Assembly (NCBI GenBank): GCA_965112735.1
Contig: OZ218952.1
Location: 5,332,001 to 5,396,000, forward strand
Length of the DNA: 64,000 nucleotides
Source of the DNA: Phaeosaccion multiseriatum
Taxonomy: Eukaryota; Protista; Ochrophyta, other classes
Reading direction: 5' to 3'
Shown here: in pieces, positions 40,422-52,457 of the stretch
Layout of the letters: every line of letters begins with the position of its first letter
Position numbering within the stretch: position 1 is the stretch's first letter
The notes under the pieces: model-generated
Databases searched by the model: none
What the model saw: only the letters and a program-made list of their open reading frames with translations
Told to the model about the DNA's origin: nothing
Position numbers and translations under genes: made by a program

Positions 40422-41754
40422 GATTCACCATCTGTGATTGATATTGATGGAGAGAGTTGATCCTGCAGCTCCTGTTGCTTGTCTCGCGCTCCTCAAGTAT
40501 AGAGCTCCCTCTCAGCTCAGTGTACTCACCCACCCTTCCAATCATTCAGCTCATCTCTCCCTCCCTCCCATCCTCTGCTATCCATCACTCCTCTCTCCTC
40601 CCCTCCCCTCCACCCACACGTATTCCCTCCTGCTCACGCTCACTCAGTACGAACGCATGTATCGCGTGTTGGTGCTCGGATACGCCAACGGTGACTACAG
40701 CGAGCCCCTTGTGCAGCACTGGATTAACGCTAAGCAGGCCCTTAACGGGGAGGGGGAGGGGGGCGCCAACAGGCACGGGGGGGTGCACATTGTCGGGGGA
40801 GGGGGGGGGCGCGGGGGGCGGGGGGCCGGGATGCAGGTGAGTGTGTGAGGGGGTGGAGGGGGAGGATAGGGATGGCAGTGGATGGGAGGTTGGGGATGGC
40901 AGTGGATGGGAGGTTGGGGATGACAATGGATGGGAGGAGAGGGATGGCAGTGGATGGGAGGTTGGGGATGGCAGTGGATGGAAGGTTGGGGATGGCAGTG
41001 GATGGGAGGTTGGGGATGACAATAGATGGGAGGAGAGGGATGGCAGTGGATGGGGGATGTAGGAGCCACGTGTGTCCTGCTCAGGGTGGGAGGAGCCCTG
41101 TGCAGACGCGACGGGTCGAACGTACCGAACCATCCGTCCACTGCCATCCCCCCTCACACAATCCTGCCACGCCCACACCCCCCCCTCCTCCCTTCCTTTC
41201 CCCTCCATCCTCCTCTCTGTACGTGTATCACCAACTTGCTTAGCTGTCTTTGGTGAAGGAGCGCAACGCGGCTGCCAAGAGAGATAGGGAAATCAAGCAC
41301 CTCAGGGGGGGGCTGGAGATACCCAAGGTGAGGCAGGAGAGAGGGGGGACGGGGTGGAGGGGGAGGAGGGGAGGGAGAGGGGAGGGGAGGGAGAAGAGGG
41401 GCAGTGGAAGACGGGAAGAGGAGCCGTCGCGTGGCTTCTGGTACTCGGCTGTGTGAGTCAAAACTCAAACGCAAACTTCTTCGCTCTGAAACTAAAACTC
41501 ATACTGCACAGGGCGAGCTGCGAGAGCACGTCCGCCGAGAGCTTGTCCCTCTCAGAGACCTCCTCGATAGGGAGGCACAGCAGTTGGTGATACAAGACGG
41601 GGAGGAGCCACAGCAGTTGGTGATACAAGAGGGGGACGAGGGAGGGGAGGGGGGGGAGGGCAAGGAGCACCGCTACGATGACGAGGATGGGGATACGAGG
41701 GAGAGGAGGAGGATGTGGAGAGAGGATAGGATGCCGCCGTTGAAGGGAGGCAGA

Positions 41755-41785
<31 letters not shown>

Positions 41786-41987
41786 GAGGGGCATCAGCCT
41801 GGGGAGGAGGATATGCTGTCTGGGGAGGAGGTGGAGGAGGTGGTGGTATGCGTGGCGATGCCAGCTGTTGTGGGAGCAGCGTGGCGTGGAGCCTGGACTC
41901 TAACCACAGCTCCAGCAAGGCCCTCGAGCTTCTGCAGCACGACTATGGCAGACCTTCGGGCGGAGAGGAAGAAGGAGTGGTGCCCAG

Positions 41988-42018
<31 letters not shown>

Positions 42019-42151
42019 ACAACCAAGACTGCACAGCCCCACTCCCCCAACCCACCCATTCACCCACCCACCCACCCACCCACCCACCCATGCCCCTACC
42101 TACCTCCCTGGGTCGGGTCCCAATCACTACTGATGGTGATGATGGTCATGA

Positions 42152-42191
<40 letters not shown>

Positions 42192-45100
42192 TCTCGTGGT
42201 GCTTGTACCGGAGAGCGTCGTGTGGAGTCCCGAGCAGCGTAGACAGCACCTCTTGGAGCAGCAGCTCAAGTGCCTACAGACGTGTCAGGCCGCCCTCGTA
42301 CGGAGACATCGCAACTCGGACATCCGATCGGCCTTTGACGGATGGAAGATACAGGCCGTGCTGCTCAGGGTACGTACGGGCGTTGGTTGTACATGAGGGC
42401 GAGTGAGATGAGCATGTGTGTGTGTGCGTGGGTATGGGTGTGTGTGCACGTGTGCGTGTGTGTGTGTGTGCGTGTGTGTGTGCGTGCGTGTGTTCGTGTG
42501 TGTGTGCGTGTGCGTGTGCGTGTGTGTGCGTGCGCTACAGTGTGTGCAGTGAGTGCACTTCTCTTTCCACCTTTCTTCTCTGTATCCACAACAGAGCGAA
42601 ACGAAGCGGCCGAGTGGGGACGGGCGCCGCTCACCCTTCCCCTCCCCTCCCTTCCCCTCCCCTATCCCAATCACAGGAGTCAGAGCTGCAGTGGGCCCTC
42701 GGAGTGATCCAAAGACACAGCAGAGGCTTCGTCACCCGACAGCGCTACAAGAGACGCATCAGAGCCAGAGACAAGGCCTTGTATCTCAGCCGCCGCCGGA
42801 TTCACCAGCAGTTTAACTATCTGGACACGCCCGAGAAGCGTATGGCTGTGTCCGGCGGCGGCTGGACCACCAACGGCAAGTTGTTTTTTGCAACGAGGGC
42901 GGAGCTGCAGAAGTATGAAGCGCTGTATGCGTTTATGGCCAAGCGGGTAAGGGTGAAGCGAAAGGGTCAAGTGTAAGGGCCAAGCGTAAGGGCCAAGCGC
43001 AAGGGTCAAGCGTAAGGGCCAAGCGAAAGGGTCAAGCGTAAGGGCCAAGCGCAAGGGTCAAGCGTAAGGGTCAAGCGTAAGGGTCAAGCGTAAGGGCCAA
43101 GCGCAAGGGTCAAGCGTAAGGGTCAAGCGTAAGGGTCAAGCGTAAGGGTCAAGCGTAAGGGTCAAGCGTAAGGGTCAAGCGTAAGGGTCAAGCGTAAGGA
43201 TCAAGCGTAAGGGTCAAGCGCAAGGGTTTGATGGGCACGGGGAGGGGACGGAGGGAAGGGAAAGGAAAGGGGAAGGGGAAGGGGAAGGGGAAGGGGAAGG
43301 GGAAGGGGAAGGGGAAGGGGAAGGGACCACTCCTCCTCCTCCTCCTCCTCCTCCTCCTCCTCCTGTCCCTTTTAACACTCCTCCTCCTCTCACCCTCTCG
43401 CTTTGAAAACTCCTCCTCCTCCTCCTCCTCCTCGTCGTCCTCCTCCTTCCTCCTCCTCCTCCCTCTCTCCTTCAAACAGGCCTTCAGCCACTTACTCAAG
43501 AGCATTTCTGAGGCTCAGCGCGGCTTCTTCCTGCACTGGGCAGAACTCAACCGCCGAGCCAAGGCAGAGGAGGAGGAGTACGTATTTGACGCCACAAGGG
43601 ATGAGTCAGCAGCGGGGCCCAGCCTGGTGAGGGAGGAGGGTGGGGATGGCAGTGGATGGGGAAGGGGATGGCAGTGGATGGGGTACAGGATCGAGCCTAG
43701 GAGGGAGGACCAACGGATCTTTGCTCGTTGGCGCCCTGCTGTGCGCCGCCTGCTGACAGACAGCACCTGTATCTCACTCTGTCTGTGTCCACCTATCTCC
43801 TTCGCTGTCTCTCTTTCACTGTCCCTCTGCCCCTCCTCCCTCTCTCTCTCTTTCTCTCATACACACACATGACATACACTCACACACTCTTTCTCTGTCC
43901 CTCTCTCCCCCTCTCTCCCCCCCTCTCCCTCCTTCGACCCCCCTCCCCCCCCCCTTCTTCCTCTCCCCCCCCCCTTAGGAGGGGGCCAATGGAGATGATG
44001 CTCTTACTCTCACAGAGTACGAACACCCCTCCTTTGGGGTGACCATGCCCAAGCTTCCCTCCTTGCAGTGCACGAGGAATGCTCAGGGCGACCTCGTTAT
44101 ACCGGTGAGTGAGGGAGTGAGGGAGTGAGTGAGTGAGGGAGTGAGTGAGTGAGTGAGTGAGTGAGGGAGTGAGTGAGTGAGTGAGTGAGTGAGTGAGTGA
44201 GTGAGTGAGTGAGGGAGTGAGTGAGTGAGTGAGTGAGTGAGTGAGTGAGTGAGTGAGTGAGTGAGTGAGTGAGTGAGTGAGTGGGTGGGTGAGTGAGTGA
44301 GTGAGTGAGTGAGTGAGTGGGTGGGTGAGTCAGTGAGTGAGGGAGAGAAAGGGATGGAGTGAGTGAGGGAGAGAAAGGGATGGAGTGAGTGAGGGAGGGA
44401 GGGAGCGAGAGAGGGTGCGAGAGAGTGAGTGAGTGAGTGAGTGAGTGAGTGAGTGAGTGAGTGAGTGAGTGAGTGAGTGAGTGAGTGAGTGAGTGAGTGA
44501 GGGAGGGAGGGAGGGAGGGAGGGAGAGAGTGAGTGAGTGAGTGAGTCAGTGAGTGAGTGAGTGAGTGAGTGAGTGAGTGAGTGAGTGAGTGAGTGAGTGA
44601 GTGAGTGAGGGAGGGAGGGAGCGAGAGAGGGAGCGAGGGAGTGAGTAAGGAAGTGAGGGAGTGAGATCAAGCAGACACTGAGAGAGAGATAAGACGAGAG
44701 AGAGGCAGAGAGGCAGAGAGACAGAGAGAGATAAAGAAAGAGGGGAAGAAGAGAGCGGAGAGAGATCCACTGCCACTCCTCCTTTACCCTCCCTTCCCCC
44801 TCCTTTACCCTCCCCTCCCCCTCCCCCTCCCCCTCCCCTCCCCTCCTGCTTCTCAGAACGCCCCCCGCTTCAACAGCTTCCGAGCCCGCTTCGAGGGCCC
44901 CACGTCCTTTTGTAACTGGCTGGTGGAGGGCCTGGTGATGCAGGGAAGCTACCCCTACCCCACACGCCTCGCTGACCCGCGCAAGTTCAAGCAGCCGCCG
45001 TTCCCTCACGTGAGTAGGGCTTGGTCACATACTTTTGAGGTTTTGGAGATTGGAAGATGGATAGACTGGTCGATGCGTAGATGGATAGATTGATAGATGG

Positions 45101-45249
45101 GTAGAGAAGGGCGATAGGGAGATTGGGAGACATATCAATCGATAGATACATGGATAGGTAGGTAGATAGATAGATAGAATAGATAGATAGATGGATAGAT
45201 AGGTAGATAGATAGATAGATAGATCGATCGATAGATAGATAGATAGATC

Positions 45250-45322
<73 letters not shown>

Positions 45323-45718
45323 GTATAGATAGATAGGTATAGATAGATAGAGAAAAAACGGAGAGATAGATAGATAGGTAGATAGATAGACAGATAGCTA
45401 GAAAGGAACAAAAAGATGCATTGCGTACGCACAACGCAGCGTGACACCGGCCTCACTCAGAGAAACGCCCCACCTTCCCTCCCTCCCACCCTTCCCTCCC
45501 TCCGTGCATGCTTATCCTACCAGGCGGGCGAACAACTGCTCCTCTGTGGTGTGGGGCAGCTCATCGGGCTGTGTACGCACGAGGAGGTGCGGCGCTTCGA
45601 AGCCAAGAATCACCTCCTGCCCTTCGAGAGGGCCCTGCAGACACAGCACAGCAATATGCATGTGAGTGCGTGCGTGAATGAGACCCGGGGGGGAGGGGGA
45701 GGGGCACCCATGGGGGCT

Positions 45719-45752
<34 letters not shown>

Positions 45753-45760
45753 CGTGTGTG

Positions 45761-45799
<39 letters not shown>

Positions 45800-48700
45800 C
45801 CTTGCTCTGACCGTGTCGAGTGTCGAATGTCGAATGTCGGTTCCCCTCTACATTCCTTTCACTGACGTCCTTCACTCTGAATCATTGACTTGCGCTGCAC
45901 CGTTCATTGACGTACTCCACAGGCCGTGCTGACCAACAACCTGATGGACGCGCAGCACGACATGCGCATTGTCGACCAGGTAATAGGGTAATGGGGAAAT
46001 TGGGTAACGGCATAATGGCGTAACGGGGTAATGGGGTAACGGCATAACGGCGTAACGGGGTAACGGGGTATCGGGGCAATGGGGTAGCGGGGCGGTGACG
46101 GGGTAGTGGGGTAATGGGTAACAGGGCAATATGGCAATGGGGAACTGGGGTAATGGGATTATGGGGTAATGAGGAAATGGGGTAACGGGGCAATGGGGGT
46201 ATTGGGGTATTGGGGTAACGGGGTAACGAATGTCAGGACCGAAACAGGGTGTCAGGACAGAAACAGGGTGTCAGGACACAGATGATTTCCTGTAACTAAA
46301 GGCACAGTCTCGCCCCTCCCTCCTTAACAGGAGTTGCGAAGCCTGGAGATGTTGCGTCAGATGGACGACTGTGACGTCATTGCGTGGGAGGCAAGCAAAG
46401 CTGAGGTCCTCCCTCGCCACCGCCGCTGTCAGGCCAAGCTGCTCAGCGCACAAAAGGCCCTCAAGCTTTTCCCCAAGGTCAGGGGTGTGTGTGTGTGTGT
46501 GTGTGCGTGTGTGTGTGTGTGTGCGTGTGTCTGTCCGTGTGTGTCTGTCCGTGTGAGTCTGTCCGTGTGTGCGTGCGTGTGTGTTTGTGTGTGTGCGTAT
46601 GTGTGTCTGTCCATGTGTGTGTGTCCGTGTGAGTCCGTCCGTGCGTGTGTGCGTGTGTGCGTGTGTGTACGCGTGCGTGTGTGTGTGTGTGTGCGCGCGT
46701 GTGCCTTCCCCCCCAAAGCCCCCTCCTTGCACTCCCGTCTGACCCTCTCCCCCTTCCCTGCGCCCCTCCCTACCCCCAAGGGCCTGCGGCAAGAGTGGTG
46801 GCCTCTGCACCAGACCGAAGCCCCCTCCGTTGAAGCACTGCTCGATCTGTCCATTGCCCTCGAAAAGAAGCTCAAAGCCGGTATGTATGTATGCGTACAT
46901 GTATGTATGTGTGCGTGTTGGTGATTCAGCAGTCGTACGGGCAGGCCTCCTCTGCTCTCCCTCCTCCCTTCCTGACTCCTCTCACCTCTCTCCCTCCCTC
47001 CCTCCCTCCCTCCCTCCCTCCTTCCCCCAAGGCGAGCGCTTCTGCCTCTGGTCTCTGGAAGGACACGGCCGTGTGGGCATGGTGGCGGCGGTGCTGCTGG
47101 GCAGGCTGTACGGGTGCAGCACGGACGAGGCGTTGCTCAGGGCGCAGATGTATCACGACTGCAGGTACAGCAGTGGGTGGTACAGTACTGGGCAGTTGTG
47201 TGAATGGGTGGGTGCGTGTGGGTGGGTGTGTGGGTGGGTGAGGGAGTTAAGTGGTGCTTCTGCCGCGGTAGGTGTATATCGTGTGCCTTTGCGTGCTTAC
47301 TGTCTTCCCGTCCCTGCCCGTCTGCCTGGCCATATGCCTGTCCTGACTCTCAACTTACTCCACTCACTGCGCCCACTCCACTCACTCCATCCAACTCTAC
47401 TCAATTCACCCATTCACTGACTTATTCCACTCACCCCACTCACCCCATCCAACTCTACTCACTTCACTCATTCACTGACTTAATCCACTCAATCCCTCCA
47501 CTCCACTCACGCCATCTATCTCCTCTCACGCAGACTCTGCCTGAGAGACAAGCCTAAGATGAGCTCTCCGCAGTCCTTTGATCAGGTGGGTGTGTGGGTG
47601 CTGAGGGAAGAGGGGGTGAGCCGAGGGGAGGTGGTTGTGTGGTGAAGGAGCGGTGATGGACCAAACAGATCGACACAATCTCACCCCTCCCCTTCCCTCC
47701 CCTCCCCTCCCCCTAAGGTGCGGCAAGTGCGAAACGCCCTCCAAGTCAATGAGCCCATGTACTCCACGTTGCAGAGCCGCGGCAACAAGCCTGCCAGCAA
47801 GAAGGCACTCCACGTCCGTAAGATTGTGAGGGGCGTAGGCAGGCCCGTCCCCTCCGCCACAGAGAAGGTGAGAACAATTGGGTTGTCAGTTTCAGTGCAG
47901 TGTTTGCAGTTACAGCAGTTTCATATGTACATCCTACGCAACGCCAGCCCCCACTCTGTCTCTGTCTCTCTCCTCCCTTGCCCATATTCCACTCTCCTCT
48001 CTTACTTCCTTACTCTTAAGGTTGATTCCTGTGTAAGTCCATAAAACTCCCAACACCCATGTGCCTCTCTCCTGTCCCTGCCGATGTGCCCATATATACC
48101 GATATATTTCTCTCTTTGAATTGTAACAACACTATATATAAACGGGAGAGTGATTAAACCATAGCTAGAAGCGGTATCAGTCTACCTCCTACTCCAAACT
48201 CGTGTGTGAAGACTATACCAAGCCGCATGCCTCTCTCCCTCCCTCCCCTTCCCTCTCTGTACCACCAACCCTCGCAGGTGCCCGAGGACCGTTCCGCACT
48301 GAGCCGAGAACGCGCTCGATACAGAGCCGTGCTTGGAGACGATCTGCCCCTTCCCGAGGGGGGCGCCGGACCCGAGGGGGGCGCCGGAGGAGCCGTGAGG
48401 TGGGTGGGTGGATAGATGGATGGATGGGTGAGGTGGATGGGTGGATAGATGGATGGGTGAGGTGGGTGGGTGGGTGGATAGAGGGATGGATGGGTGAGGT
48501 GGATGGGTGGATAGATGGATGGATGGGTGAGGTGGGTGGGTGGGTGGATAGATGGATGGATGGGTGAGGTGGATGGGTGGAAAGATAGATGGATGGATGG
48601 GTGAGGTGGGTGGGTGGGTGGATAGATGGATAGATGGATGGATGGATGGATGGATGGGTGAGGTGGGTGGGTGGTGTAGGTGGGGGGGTGTATGGGTGGG

Positions 48701-49160
48701 TGAGGTGGGTGGGTGGGTGGATGGGTGGGTAGGGGTGGGTGCTAGCCCAGTGTCCGAGGAATGCAGGGGGTAGAGGCGGCTGGGGAGTGCGCCGTACGTC
48801 AGTAGGGGGAGAGACACGCGACCACGCGACCACGAGACCACGCCAACACGCTAACAAGCTAACAAGCTAACGCGCTCCTCCGACCCCCTACCCCCCCAAC
48901 TGTGTGTCTCTCTCTCTGCCTCTCTCTGTCTGCCTGTCTCCATCTCTCTGCCTCTCTCTGTCTCTCTCTCTCTCTTTCTGCCTCTCTCTCTGTCTCTCTC
49001 GGCCTCTCTCTGTCTCTCTTGTCTCTCTCTTTCTCTCCCTGTCCCTTCTACCCCCCCCCCGCCCCGGCCTTGCAGCCTGCCCCTCCTTTCCGCTGCCCGA
49101 GTCCGCGCCACCCCGCCCGTGCAGGAGCCCACTCTGCGAGACCTCCGACTGTCCGTGTGA
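37447..49160 (+). CDS. Large multi-exon protein: B-box zinc finger, acidic tract, IQ-like motif and C-terminal PTP/DSP-fold domain (Cys->Ser)
   Basis: Spliced B-box '[14 protein letters not shown]|[15 protein letters not shown]...H', IQ-like '[15 protein letters not shown]', and phosphatase-like blocks '[20 protein letters not shown]', '[41 protein letters not shown]' and '[11 protein letters not shown]'. It could be two adjacent genes. The last exon 49076-49160 is inferred from phase. Confidence 0.65.
38286..38441. repeat. Perfect 77-bp tandem duplication within an intron
   Basis: 'cgtcaggccagtcgtctgaagtacg...gccgtcagagca' starts at 38286 and again at 38363. Confidence 0.9.
40868..41056 (+). 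repeat. Intronic minisatellite of about 24-bp GGGATGGCAGTGGATGGGAGGTTG units
   Basis: About 8 directly visible copies with variants. Confidence 0.9.
42938..43228 (+). repeat. 13-bp minisatellite (CAAGCGTAAGGGT) x about 21 starting at an exon/intron junction
   Basis: Directly visible; begins at 'gccaagcgg|gtaaggg'. Confidence 0.92.
44105..44660 (+). repeat. (GTGA)n/(GGGA)n intronic microsatellite
   Basis: Directly visible. Similar tracts occur at 30295-30645 (ACTC)n, 31140-31290 (GGAA)n, 45050-45400 (GATA)n and 48400-48730 (GGAT/GGGT)n. Confidence 0.92.
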
Positions 49161-50448
49161 TCCATCCGTGTCCACCAATCAGTCCATCAATCACCTAAGT
49201 CGATTAGTCCTCTCCGACTGTCCGTGTCCACCAATCAGTCCATCAATCACCTAAGTCGATTAGTCCTCTCCGACTGTCCGTGTCCACCAATCAGTCCATC
49301 AATCACCTAAGTCGATTCGTCATCTCCTACTGTCCGTGTCCACCAATCAGTCCATCAATCACCTAAGTCGATTCGTCATCTCCTACTGTCCGTGTCCACC
49401 AATCAGTCCATCAATCACCTAAGTCGATTAGTCATCTCCGACTGTCCGTGTCCACCAATCAGTCAATCAATCACCTAAGTCGATTAGTCATCTCCTACTG
49501 TCCGTGTCCACCAATCAGTCCATCAATCACCTAAGTCGATTAGTCATCTCCTACTGTCCGTGTCCACCAATCAGTCCATCAATCACCTAAGTCGATTAGT
49601 CATCTCCGACTGTCCGTTTCCACCAATCAGTCCATCAATCACCTAAGTCGATTAGTCATCTCCTACTGTCCGTGTCCACCAATCAGTCCATCAATCACCT
49701 AAGTCGATTAGTCCTCTCCTACTGTCCGTGTCCACCAATCAGTCCATCAATCACCTAAGTCGATTAGTCCTCTCCGACTGTCCGTGTCCACCAATCAGTC
49801 CATCAATGACCTACGTCGATTAGTCATCTTCGACTGTCCGTGTCCACCAATCAGTCCATCAATCACCTAAGTCGATTAGTCATCTCCTACTGTCCGTGTC
49901 CACCAATCAGTCAATCAATCACTTAAGTTGAGTCCTCTCCGACTGTCCGTGTCCACCAATCAGTCAATCAATCACTTCAGTCGATTAGTCCTCTCCGACT
50001 GTCCGTGTCCACCAATCAGTCCATCAATCACTTAAGTTGATTAGTCCTCTCCGACTGTCCGTGTCCACCAATCAGTCAATCAATCACCTAAGTCGATTAG
50101 TCCTCTCCGACTGTCCGTGTCCACCAATCAGTCAATCATTCACTTAAGTTGATTAGTCCTCTCCGACTGTCCGTGTCTACCAATCAGTCAATCAATCACT
50201 TCAGTCGATTAGTCCTCTCCGACTGTCCGTGTCCACCAATCAGTCAATCAATCACTTAAGTCGATTAGTCCTCTCCGACTGTCCGTGTCCACCAATCAGT
50301 CAATCAATCACTTAAGTCGATTAGTCATCTCCTACTGTCCGTGTCCACCAATCAGTCCATCAATCACTTAAGTCGACTAGTCATCTCCGACTGTCCGTGT
50401 CCACCAATCAGTCAATCAATCACTAAGTCGATTAGTCGTCTTCGACTG
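49143..50448. repeat. 56-bp minisatellite, about 23 copies
   Basis: Unit ctccgactgtccgtgtccaccaatcagtccatcaatcacctaagtcgattagtcct; the period is 56 (tccgtgtccacc at 49165, 49221, 49277...). There are no unique spacers. Confidence 0.97.
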
Positions 50449-50776
50449 TTGAGACTATCCACCAGTGGGGGGTTCATTGACTAAAAGGAATCAACCAAAT
50501 AGGGGGCCTCAGATGGCGACTTTTTAGCGCTTGCGTTTTAAACTTAATAGTCTCTTAGCGTTAGCAATTAGTCTCTGCGGGACTCCCCCAGTCGGTCAGT
50601 CGGTCAGTCGGTCGGTCGGTCGGTCAGAAAAAAAAAAAGACCGCTCCACGAAAACACACGAAATTGAAACGCAAACTGTACCTAACCCCCCCCCACCCCC
50701 CCCGTAATTTCCAACAGCAGAGAGGAGGAAGAAACGTGAAGAGAGAGGAAAAAGGGATACGAGAGGTTTGTGAAGA

Positions 50777-52426
50777 ATGCCGACCCAGGGTGGGTACACG
50801 ATGCGCGCGCAGCCGCGCCGGAGGAAGGAGGCCAACAAAGACGAGCCGATTTTCCTCCGCAAAACTTACGACATGCTCAAAGGGTGCGACGCTGCTTACG
50901 CCGCGTGGTCACCCGCGGGGGACACCTTCGTCATCAAGGACACTGACGCCTTCGCCAAGAAGGTCATCCCCAAGTTCTTCAAGCACTCCAAGTTCCCCAG
51001 CTTCGTGCGGCAGGTTAGTCGGGAGGTTGAGGGCGGGAACAGTTATGAGAGTTCTCGGCACGCGCAAAACGGTGTAGGAGGAGCAGGGGGGGTAGGGGGA
51101 GCAGCACAGGCGCGCAGGGGCTGGATTGGGGCTTGTGTGACTGGGATGTGCTTGCAGGCCATCCGTGACAGTGGCCTGCTCTGGTCATGTGGGCGTGATT
51201 CGTTCCCGCCGGCGCCCACGTGGTTTAGTTCCGGCACACTTGTCCTCTCCTTTTGACACAGTCTTTCCGCTAGTGCGCCGCTCTTTTCCCTTCCCCATGT
51301 TGGTGGGACACCGCAAGTGTCTTGTTTAGCTCCGGGAGGCTCTTTCTGTGCTCCACGTAGCCACCCTCGCCAAAGAAAGTGACTTGCAGCATCCGCATGG
51401 GGAAGGAAATGAAGCGGAGTGCGAGTCTGAAAGACTGTGGGAAGAGGGCAGGCGGGGGCTTTGTATCTGTTCCGGTGAAGGGAGCGCACCAGCAAAGCAT
51501 CTCCGCCCCCCCCCCCTCAAAGGATTTTTCCTGTTCCGTTCGTTTCGACCCCCCTCGCCTTTTACTAACGTGCCTGCTGCTTCGCCCCCCGCCTTGCCTC
51601 TCCTCTCCTGTCCACGCCCCTCCTCCTCCTCCACCCCCCCCCCCTCAGCTCAACTTCTACGGCTTCCGCAAGGTCAAGTCGACACCCACGCTGGCCGAGG
51701 AGAAGAGCGGGGGCGTGGAGAGCAGCAAGTGGTGGGAGTTCAAGCACGACAAGTTTCTCAGAGACCAGCCGCAGCTCCTTGTCGAGATCAAAAGGGCCAC
51801 ACACTACCACAACACCGCCCCGGAGAAGGAGGAGGTGGACGGTCTCAGGTGAGGGAAGGAGGGAGGGAGGGAGGGAGGAGAGGAGGGAGGGAGGGAGGGA
51901 GGGAAAGGGCGCGGTCTCTACTCTTGTTACTGCCCCTACTCACCGCGCATCCCCCTCTCCTCTTCCCTCCCCTCTTTAGGAGCGAGGTGTCCGATCTCAA
52001 GGCGCGCATCGTGAGCATGGACCAACGCCTCTCTCAGCTCGCCGGCATCGTGGAGAGCCTCATCGGGGAGAGAGGGGGCGGGATGGAGATGGAGCAGTCG
52101 ATGTCCTCTGCCGCCGCAGCCGCCGCTGCCGCCGCTGCCTCCTCTTTGGTGGGCTACAGCGGTTTGGGAGGAGGAGGAGGAGGAGGAGGAGGGAAGAAGC
52201 GAAAGTTCGACAACGGCCCCAGTGTCTCCCAGCAGTTCGCAGCCGCTCTCAGCACCACACCTCCGACGACCGCGCTGCCCCTTCAGCAGTTGGTGATACC
52301 GCCGGCCCCTACCACGCGCAGCAGAGGCCTGCGCTGCGTCAAGCCGGAGCCTGTGGAGGAGGCGACGCTGGTGGGTGACGTGGGCGTGGGCGTGACGGGA
52401 GACGGAAGAACGTTCCGAGAGTTTGT

Positions 52427-52457
<31 letters not shown>

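Noticed and set aside
49143-50448. CRISPR-like regular array
   Set aside because: Units are contiguous near-identical 56-mers with no unique spacers, there are no cas genes, and the context is eukaryotic.
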